Shown: piece by piece, positions 39,768-46,882 of the stretch | How positions within the stretch are numbered: the first letter of the stretch is position 1 | Layout: the number at the start of each line of letters is the position of its first letter | Assembly (NCBI GenBank): GCA_021824915.1 | Contig: JAKAJP010000013.1 | Span: forward strand, 1,733-65,732 | DNA length: 64,000 nucleotides | DNA from: a bacterium | Lineage (GTDB): Bacteria; Patescibacteriota; Microgenomatia; UBA8517 | Direction: 5' to 3' | Position numbers and translations under genes: made by a program | Notes under the pieces: model-generated | Told to the model about the DNA's origin: nothing | Databases searched by the model: none | The model's input: the letters and a program-made list of their open reading frames with translations, nothing else

Positions 39768-40211
39768 CTACGGCCTCAAATTAATAGGTTCCCATTGGTT
39801 TATTGGAGCATAATAGATGTTATTAGCGGGCATGGGGTTGAATTGAATTCTCGTGGATTGTTGCTCAATTAGCTGCGCATGAGTGCATTGATTATTGTCC
39901 GCGTAAAGTTGCCATCTTCCGTAGAGAAGCCCACAACATACTGCCTTGGAACAATCACTTCTTCTTGCAATCAATGTCTGTCCCTTGCACCGCTCTAAAT
40001 TAGTTGTGCACGTTACGATAGGATCTGGATCTGTAGTTCTTATTTGTGGTTGTGGTATTGGTGAGGGTTTGTAAGCAGCTATGGGTGACGGTGTGTTTTG
40101 TTTTTTTAGATCAGCTTGTTTTTTTGTCATGTCAGTTTTACCTAATAAATATGCAGTTGTGCTTGCAAGAAGAATTAGCAACGTATAAAGGGCAATACTT
40201 AAATTTTTCAT
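39768..40211 (-). CDS. Membrane-anchored/secreted Cys-rich protein
   Basis: N-terminal hydrophobic helix, P-rich linker, six Cys (DPIVTC..C..C..CC..C). Confidence 0.65.
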   Translation of the reverse strand: MKNLSIALYTLLILLASTTAYLLGKTDMTKKQADLKKQNTPSPIAAYKPSPIPQPQIRTTDPDPIVTCTTNLERCKGQTLIARRSDCSKAVCCGLLYGRWQLYADNNQCTHAQLIEQQSTRIQFNPMPANNIYYAPINQWEPINLRP

Positions 40212-40465
40212 CGAAGGTGACTAATAACTCGATTTTATACCTTTTTTGGAAAATTATGATGTTTTAAATTAGCTTATGGATTCTGGTGTAACTGGGTAAG
40301 AATACGAAAAGGAAAAAATAGCAGGTTGAAGTGGGAGAAGTGGTAGAATAGCCCTCAGTTGGGTAATTTAGTTCCTCGAGACGATATGACTCTATCTTTT
40401 CGTGCCTGAGATTACACAATTTAGTCTTTTCGGTTAAAGATACTCAAGATTTGGCTCCAGAATAG

Positions 40466-40494
40466 TTGACAGATAGAGTTGGTATGGTTATAAT
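40466..40494 (+). promoter_or_regulatory. Consensus sigma70 promoter
   Basis: TTGACA - 17 nt - TATAAT. Confidence 0.75.
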
Positions 40495-40545
40495 CCAATT
40501 AGTTAGGTGAAAACTCGTGTTTGACAAGACAAAATTAGAATCCTC

Positions 40546-40573
40546 TTGACAAAAGTAGTAGTAGTACTATAAT
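40546..40573 (+). promoter_or_regulatory. Second sigma70 promoter before the 40584 gene
   Basis: TTGACA - 16 nt - TATAAT, 10 nt before ATG. Confidence 0.65.
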
Positions 40574-40583
40574 TTTTACTGAA

Positions 40584-41339
40584 ATGGAGAATGACAATCA
40601 AATAAAATCAACCAAAGTAAGAAGTTCTTCTTATCCTTACGTTGGTTTGGAGCATGCAATAAAATTGTGTGAAGATCTGCGCAGGGCTGTAGGAAAAGGT
40701 CCTTATAGTAGAGATTCCGCGTCGCGGGGTATCGGACACGAATCTCTTTCTGGTCCTGCTGCGGCCAAAATAGCGGCACTAGTTTATTTTGGGCTTTTAG
40801 ATAGACATGGAAATACCTATTCAGTGTCTCCGCTCGCAGACCGAATTCAGTTTCCGGTTGATGAAGACGATAAAATCTCTGCTATCAAAGAGGCTGTACA
40901 AAAACCAAAACTTTACAAACAACTTATAGAAAAGTATAAAAATCAGTCTCTTCCAACCCTGTTGGACAATATCTTGACCCGTGAATTTGGAATTTATGAA
41001 AAGAAAGCTAGGGGTGTGTCAAAAAACTTCAAAAGATCTCTAGAATACGCCGAGATGCTTAACAATGGAGTCATTACTGATCAACTAGGAAGTGGAGTTG
41101 TGCTATCTTCGGAAGAAACAAGACCGCCTTTATCTGTTTTAAATTCCACACGTGAGAATGTAGTTCTTTCTCGACAATCAAGCGAATATTTCGAGTTGCC
41201 GACAGGAATTAAAATTTTATTTCCGGAACATTTGAAGTACTATGTTGCTTTGGGATCGTTTAGTGAGGGGATCCAAGCGCTAAACAAAAAAGCAGAAGAA
41301 ATTTTAAAAGAATTAGGTATCAAGGACAGCAAGCCTTGA
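40584..41339 (+). CDS. Hypothetical protein, probable winged-helix DNA-binding N-terminus
   Basis: RSSSYPYVGLEHAI...SGPAAAKIAALVYFGLLD...YSVSPLA pattern; function unknown. Confidence 0.7.
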   Translation: MENDNQIKSTKVRSSSYPYVGLEHAIKLCEDLRRAVGKGPYSRDSASRGIGHESLSGPAAAKIAALVYFGLLDRHGNTYSVSPLADRIQFPVDEDDKISAIKEAVQKPKLYKQLIEKYKNQSLPTLLDNILTREFGIYEKKARGVSKNFKRSLEYAEMLNNGVITDQLGSGVVLSSEETRPPLSVLNSTRENVVLSRQSSEYFELPTGIKILFPEHLKYYVALGSFSEGIQALNKKAEEILKELGIKDSKP

Positions 41340-41340
41340 A

Positions 41341-41450
41341 GCTAGAAAAAGCTGGCGGAAACCAGCGCAAGTAATTAGTGGACGATACCACTTCCAGTGG
41401 TATGTCCAAGCTCAGAGTCTAGTTACCTCGTTTTCGCCAGCACAACTAGT
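41341..41450. ncRNA. Candidate structured RNA (long multi-stem hairpin with an alternative fold)
   Basis: Stems 41351-62/41430-41, 41371-78/41419-26, 41379-83/41404-08, 41385-92/41396-403. Confidence 0.5.
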
Positions 41451-41512
41451 TTATCTTGATACTTTAGTATACGCTATTGTACCAAGTTCTTCACAAATCT
41501 TTATTACGAATA

Positions 41513-41544
41513 TATAATTAGCACTATCTAGACATGGCTGCTAA
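41513..41544 (+). promoter_or_regulatory. -10 box and CIRCE-like operator overlapping the dnaJ start codon
   Basis: TATAAT 41513-18; TTAGCACTA-N9-GGCTGCTAA 41518-41544. Confidence 0.7.
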
Positions 41545-42421
41545 AACTGATTATTACGATATATTGGGGGTTTCTAAGTCGGCGAGTGCTGATGAGATAA
41601 AGAAAGCTTACAGAAAACAGGCTTTGGAGTGGCATCCGGACAGGCACAAAGACGACAAAGAAGCTGCAGAAAAGCGTTTCAAAGAAATAAATGAGGCTTA
41701 CCAAGTTTTAAGTGATCCTCAAAAGAAATCTGCTTATGACCAATTTGGCCATGCGGCTTTTACTCCCGGAGGAGGAGCTCCAGGCGGGAATCCATTTGCC
41801 GGAGGATTTCAAGGCGGACGATCTGGTCCTTTTACCTATACTTATTATTCAGGCGGAGATGGGCAAAATCCTTTCGGAAATATGGATTTTGGCGATCCAT
41901 TTGATATTTTTGAAAGTTTTTTTGGAGGAGGAAATCCTTTCGGTCGAACTCAAGCAAGGCAGGTTCCCCGTTACTCCATGACTATTAGTTTTGATGAGGC
42001 GGTCCACGGAGTAAGCAAGGAAGTTTCTGTTGAGGGAAAGAAAAGAAAAATCAAAATTCCGGCGGGTATTTATGAGGGGGCAAGAATTAACTTTGGAGAT
42101 TTTACTTTATCGGTTAACATCAAGCCGGACAAACTTTTTGAGAGGCAGGACGACGACATTTATGTAAATGTCGGAATTCCTTTCTCTTTGGCAGTAATGG
42201 GCGGTGAGATTGGTGTACCGACGATCGAAGGCGAGGTAAAAATTAGAATTCGCCCGGGAACTCAAGGCGGGACAATGATGAGACTTCGTGAACGCGGGGT
42301 TGCCCACCTTCACGGCAGGGGCAAAGGCGATGAATATGTGAGGTTAAATGTTTTGGTTCCTGAAAAGTTGAATCGTGATCAAAAAAGAATTGTTGAGGAA
42401 ATGGAAACCGAGGGACTTTGA
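41534..42421 (+). CDS. dnaJ: DnaJ-family co-chaperone without zinc finger (class II)
   Basis: J domain with HPD, G/F-rich region, C-terminal domain; no CxxCxGxG. Confidence 0.9.
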   Translation: MAAKTDYYDILGVSKSASADEIKKAYRKQALEWHPDRHKDDKEAAEKRFKEINEAYQVLSDPQKKSAYDQFGHAAFTPGGGAPGGNPFAGGFQGGRSGPFTYTYYSGGDGQNPFGNMDFGDPFDIFESFFGGGNPFGRTQARQVPRYSMTISFDEAVHGVSKEVSVEGKKRKIKIPAGIYEGARINFGDFTLSVNIKPDKLFERQDDDIYVNVGIPFSLAVMGGEIGVPTIEGEVKIRIRPGTQGGTMMRLRERGVAHLHGRGKGDEYVRLNVLVPEKLNRDQKRIVEEMETEGL

Positions 42422-42903
42422 AACTTCTTAAGTATATTGCGGACAAATCGGAACCGGAAAAAACCGATAAAAAGTTTGCTGCCAGAGCCGTTTTGTTTGA
42501 TGAAAATAATCTGGTTCCAATTCTTTTTGTCTCGAATTTCAACTACCACAAAATCCCAGGCGGCGGAATTGAAAAGGCAGAGACCAAGCTTCAGGGACTC
42601 CACCGAGAAATTAAGGAAGAAACCGGGTGTTTGGCCAAGATCGGGAAAGAGATGGGAAAAGTGGTTGAATACCGCTCAAAATGGAATCTCTTGCAGACGT
42701 CATATTGTTACATTGGTAAGGTTACTCAAAAGGGTGATCCGAGTTTTACTGATGATGAAATCCGCGAGGGTTTTAAGTTGGTTTGGATGACTCTTGATGA
42801 GGCCATTACCCAGCTCAAAAAAGACAAACCCGCCGATTATCAAGGGAAATTTATCCAAGAAAGAGATTTAGCTTTTTTGGAAGCGGCCAAAAGGCTTGTT
42901 TGA
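42418..42903 (+). CDS. NUDIX hydrolase
   Basis: PGGGIEKAETKLQGLHREIKEETG. Confidence 0.88.
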   Translation: MKLLKYIADKSEPEKTDKKFAARAVLFDENNLVPILFVSNFNYHKIPGGGIEKAETKLQGLHREIKEETGCLAKIGKEMGKVVEYRSKWNLLQTSYCYIGKVTQKGDPSFTDDEIREGFKLVWMTLDEAITQLKKDKPADYQGKFIQERDLAFLEAAKRLV

Positions 42904-42950
42904 CTTCATCTGGCTTCATAGAGTAAACTAGTCAAGGTTTGGAAGAATTG

Positions 42951-42976
42951 AGGTGGGACGAGTGCCCGCCTTTTTT
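42951..42976 (+). promoter_or_regulatory. rimP-leader-type attenuator hairpin upstream of nusA
   Basis: AGGTGGG-acgagtg-CCCGCC-TTTTTT after TTGACT (42900-05) / TAAACT (42924-29). Confidence 0.7.
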
Positions 42977-42988
42977 CGTAATACGGAT

Positions 42989-44125
42989 ATGCAAACAGCA
43001 AGAACAGAATTTAGTCAGGCATTAAAAGCTATCGCTCAAGAGCGGGGCCTTAATCCTGATGTGATTATCGAAACTATTAAGCAGGCAATTATTGCTGCTT
43101 ACAGGAGGGATGCCAAAGAGCACGGCGAGGAAATTCCTGAAGAAATTGAAGTAGTTGCCAAAATTGACAATGTTACAGGCGAGACCAAAGTTTTTATTGA
43201 CAACAAAGACGTAACCCCACCCGGATTCGGAAGAATTGCGGCCCAGACCGCGAAACAGGTTATCCATCAAAAAATAAGAGAGGCTGAAAAAGGCGCAATT
43301 ATGGAAGAGTTTGAGGAAAGAGTTGGAGCCTTGGTTTCCGGTCTTATTTTAAGATTTGATGGCCCGAATGTCAGAGTAGATTTGGGCAGGACCGAAGCTA
43401 TAATGCCCGCCGAAGAAAGAATCCCGAACGAAAGATTAAATTTGAATCAGAGGCTAACGTTTTTGCTTAAGAAAATTGAGGAAACACCCAGGGGTCGCGA
43501 CCTTGTTCTTTCAAGAGCGGATCCGGAGTTTGTAGTTAAACTTTTTGCAAGAGAAGTACCTGAAATTGCCTCCAAGGCAGTTGAAATTAAAAGTATAGCC
43601 AGAGAAGCCGGGGTTAGAACCAAGGTAACCGTTGCCTCAAGTCAGCAGGGAGTTGATCCTGTTGGAAGTTGTGTCGGGCAAAAAGGTGTTCGTGTTCAGG
43701 CGGTTACAAACGAAATTGGAGGAGAGAGAGTTGATGTTATTCCTTATAGTGAGGATTTGGCAGAGTTAATCAAAGCCGCACTTTCACCGGCCGAAAACTT
43801 GGTTGTTAAGCTTAATAAAAAGACTAAAACCGCAAAAGTTACCGCTCCAGAGGATCAACTTTCTTTGGCTATCGGACGCGACGGGCAAAATGTTCGTTTG
43901 ACTGCAAAACTGACTGGCTTTCGAATTGAAGTTGAAGGTAATGGTGAAGCAGTCAAGCCTGAAGAGCTAAAAGAAGAAGTAAAGACAGAGGAACCTAAAA
44001 TAGAAGAACAACCGGAGACGGAAGTGGAGAAAGTCGAAAAGAAAGAAAATGTAACTGAAGATACGCAGTCAGATCAAAAGTCTGAAAATGCAGGAAGCGA
44101 AGAGCCAAAAACTGAAGAAAACTAA
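42989..44125 (+). CDS. nusA: Transcription factor NusA
   Basis: FGRIAAQTAKQVI, AREAGVRTK, DPVGSCVG, LAIGRDGQNVRL; start MQTAR. Confidence 0.97.
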   Translation: MQTARTEFSQALKAIAQERGLNPDVIIETIKQAIIAAYRRDAKEHGEEIPEEIEVVAKIDNVTGETKVFIDNKDVTPPGFGRIAAQTAKQVIHQKIREAEKGAIMEEFEERVGALVSGLILRFDGPNVRVDLGRTEAIMPAEERIPNERLNLNQRLTFLLKKIEETPRGRDLVLSRADPEFVVKLFAREVPEIASKAVEIKSIAREAGVRTKVTVASSQQGVDPVGSCVGQKGVRVQAVTNEIGGERVDVIPYSEDLAELIKAALSPAENLVVKLNKKTKTAKVTAPEDQLSLAIGRDGQNVRLTAKLTGFRIEVEGNGEAVKPEELKEEVKTEEPKIEEQPETEVEKVEKKENVTEDTQSDQKSENAGSEEPKTEEN

Positions 44126-44185
44126 AAATGAAAATTTTTGAAATTCTTTCTTCAAATTAGTAACCCCTAGCTTCCAAAAATAAAT

Positions 44186-45595
44186 ATGGAAGCAAATAAA
44201 TTACAAAGCAGATCTCCAATAGTTGTCGTTTTGGGCCATGTTGATCATGGAAAGACTACACTTCTTGATGCAATCCGAAAAACAAATGTGGCTGCCCGGG
44301 AAGCCGGGGGAATCACACAAGCAATAGGAGCCAGTGTTATCGAAACGAAAGAAGGCAAAAAAATTACCTTCATAGATACGCCTGGTCATGCGGCCTTTGG
44401 TAAGATGCGGAGTCGTGGAGCAAAGGTGGCCGATATCGCAATTTTGGTTGTTGCTCAGGACGACGGGGTTCAGCCACAGACAAAAGAGGCTTTGGAGATA
44501 ATTCGCGAGGCTGGGATTCCTTTTATTGTTGCCGGAACAAAGGCGGATGTTAACGGAGTTAATTCCGAAAACTTGAAGGGACAACTTGAAAAAGAACAGG
44601 TTTTTTTCGAGGGCCGTGGTGGTCAGGTTCCTTTTGTCTCGGTTTCAGCAAAAACAAACTCCGGAATTACGGAACTGCTTGAGATGCTCTCTTTAATGAG
44701 CGATGTCGCCGAACTAAAAGGAGACGCTGGGGGAAATCTTGAAGCGGTTGTTATTGAGTCGGGTAAAGAAAAAATGGGACCGACCGCCTCGGTTGTTGTC
44801 AGAAATGGCAAGTTGGGGGTGGGAGAGATTATTTATGCAGAAGAACTGGAATGTAAAGTTAGAGCTCTTTTTGACGACAAAGGCAAATCCGTTAAGGAAA
44901 TCCTACCCGGCGAGCCGGCCAGAGTGATTGGATTTTCTGTCGTTCCCCCGGTTGGCGCAAGTGTAACCAGAGAACCCCACAAAGCTACGGAGGTTGTTAA
45001 GGAGAAGAAAAATGTATTTGACTTACGGAGGCTTCACGATGATGAAATTCCGGTAATAATTAAAGCCAGTAATGCCGGAGCTCTTGAGGCAATTATTGCC
45101 TCTCTTCCCCCTAAAGTGGTGGTTGTTGATAGTGGAGTTGGAGAGGTTACAACCAGCGATGTTATAAATGCTAAGACGGGCAATGCCTATGTGTATTCTT
45201 TTGAAAGTAAAGTTGCCCCGGAGGTTATTAAACTGGCCGAAGCAGAAAAAATTAAAGTTCAGAAGTTCGACATAATTTATGAGCTTTTGCAATCCATAGA
45301 GGAAATTTTGAAGAAAGGTAAGGTTCAAATACTGGGATCAGCGGAGGTTTTGGCCAGTTTTCCGTTTGATAATAAGAAAGTTGCCGGTTGCAAGGTGGTA
45401 AACGGGAGAATTTCAAAAGGCGACACAATTATTCTGAAACGTGGGGAAAAAGAGCTTGGGACATCTAGAGCAATTTCCATTAAAAAACAGAAGGCAGAGG
45501 TTCCTTCTGTCGGTCAAGCCGAGGAGTTCGGGGTAATTTTGGACCCTCAGCTTGATTTTGCGAAGGGTGACGTGATACTATCGGTGGCTAAATGA
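44186..45595 (+). CDS. infB: Translation initiation factor IF-2 (no N-terminal extension)
   Basis: GHVDHGKTT, GGITQ, DTPGH, MRSRGA. Confidence 0.96.
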   Translation: MEANKLQSRSPIVVVLGHVDHGKTTLLDAIRKTNVAAREAGGITQAIGASVIETKEGKKITFIDTPGHAAFGKMRSRGAKVADIAILVVAQDDGVQPQTKEALEIIREAGIPFIVAGTKADVNGVNSENLKGQLEKEQVFFEGRGGQVPFVSVSAKTNSGITELLEMLSLMSDVAELKGDAGGNLEAVVIESGKEKMGPTASVVVRNGKLGVGEIIYAEELECKVRALFDDKGKSVKEILPGEPARVIGFSVVPPVGASVTREPHKATEVVKEKKNVFDLRRLHDDEIPVIIKASNAGALEAIIASLPPKVVVVDSGVGEVTTSDVINAKTGNAYVYSFESKVAPEVIKLAEAEKIKVQKFDIIYELLQSIEEILKKGKVQILGSAEVLASFPFDNKKVAGCKVVNGRISKGDTIILKRGEKELGTSRAISIKKQKAEVPSVGQAEEFGVILDPQLDFAKGDVILSVAK

Positions 45596-46506
45596 ACGAA
45601 TCGTTTAATACAATAATCGGTTCTGCCTCCGAAATTTTAATTCTTCTCCCGGATAATCCCGATTTTGATGTTGTCGCGGCAGGACTTGGACTTTATCTCT
45701 CCTTGAGAGACCAAAAACAAACGGCAATTTCCTGCAAAAGCCCAATGGTCGTCGGATTTAACCGGCTTATCGGTGTAAATAAGATTGGGGATGAGCTCGG
45801 AAATAAAAACTTAACCATTAAATTCAAGGGTTATGATGCTAAAAATATTGAGAAAGTCAGCTACGACATAATTGACGGCGAATTTAATTTGACCGTAACT
45901 CCAAAGTCCGGTCAAATTGCGCCTCAGGCGGATAGCATCGAGCTAAATTACTCCGGAGTTTCGGCGAATTTAGTCATTCTTTTTGGGGGTGTGAGTGATG
46001 GCGATTTTTCTGCGCTTAACGAAAAACAATTTGCCGGAGCCAAGATGGCCCATATTGGAACACGGGTTTTGAGTGCCACTTCAGGTGAAACCCTTTCTTT
46101 TGCAAAACCGGCATCATCAATTTCCGAACTTGTGGCGGAAATAATCAAAGAAACAGGATTTCCAATAGATGTTGATGTGGCTACTAATTTGGCAATGGGA
46201 ATTGAGGAGGGAAGTAATAATTTTGGGTCAAGTGAAGTTACTCCCGACACGTTTGAAATTTTTGCCTATTTACTTCGAAGTGGGGCTCAAAGATTGCCTG
46301 CAGAAAAAATAAGTGCGAGTGATTTTCCGGCCGGCTCGATTCCCGGGGTACAAGTTTTTCAGAAGGGTAAACAGGTGCAAGATGTTGAAGGAACAAAGGA
46401 AGAGGAGCAGGTAATTAATCCTCCTGAAGATTGGCTTCAGCCTAAAGTGATTAAAGGTGCGGCAAGTATAGATCAGCCCCAAACACCCAGCGAGAATAAG
46501 GGCTAA
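45592..46506 (+). CDS. Degenerate DHH/NrnA-like phosphoesterase
   Basis: PDFDVVAAGL, ASSISELV, ATNLAMGI; DHH triad absent; sits at the NrnA position after infB. Confidence 0.6.
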   Translation: MNESFNTIIGSASEILILLPDNPDFDVVAAGLGLYLSLRDQKQTAISCKSPMVVGFNRLIGVNKIGDELGNKNLTIKFKGYDAKNIEKVSYDIIDGEFNLTVTPKSGQIAPQADSIELNYSGVSANLVILFGGVSDGDFSALNEKQFAGAKMAHIGTRVLSATSGETLSFAKPASSISELVAEIIKETGFPIDVDVATNLAMGIEEGSNNFGSSEVTPDTFEIFAYLLRSGAQRLPAEKISASDFPAGSIPGVQVFQKGKQVQDVEGTKEEEQVINPPEDWLQPKVIKGAASIDQPQTPSENKG

Positions 46507-46550
46507 TTTTCCCCTTTGAAACCAGTAGGAAGTATGGTATTATACCCAAG

Positions 46551-46595
46551 ATGAAAACAAGGTTTAGCTTGAAATAGCCTTACTTTGTTTTACAT
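46551..46595 (+). promoter_or_regulatory. Structured rpsO leader (candidate S15 autoregulatory RNA)
   Basis: AAAACAAGG/CTTTGTTTT stem enclosing GCT/AGC; follows TG-g-TATTAT and ends 6 nt before ATG. Confidence 0.4.
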
Positions 46596-46601
46596 GACGA
46601 T

Positions 46602-46871
46602 ATGGCACTAGCCACAGACGAGAAGAAAGATTTAATTAAAAAGTTTGCTCGCGAGAAAGGCGATACAGGTTCTCCTGAAGTGCAAATCGCACTCCTTTCA
46701 GCTCAAATTGATAAACTTGTCACACATCTTAAGGAGCACAAGAAAGATGTGCATAGTCGCAGGGGGCTACTTTCTATGGTAGCTAAAAGAAGAAGGTTGT
46801 TAACATACTTAAGAGCGCGAGATGAAGAGCGCTACAAGAGGCTCCTCTCTGAACTAAAACTTGAAAAATAA
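46602..46871 (+). CDS. rpsO: 30S ribosomal protein S15
   Basis: [24 protein letters not shown]. Confidence 0.98.
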   Translation: MALATDEKKDLIKKFAREKGDTGSPEVQIALLSAQIDKLVTHLKEHKKDVHSRRGLLSMVAKRRRLLTYLRARDEERYKRLLSELKLEK

Positions 46872-46882
46872 TTTGTAAATTA

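Noticed and set aside
40265-40440. ~58-codon open stretch on the minus strand
   Set aside because: No good start, no motif; most likely non-coding
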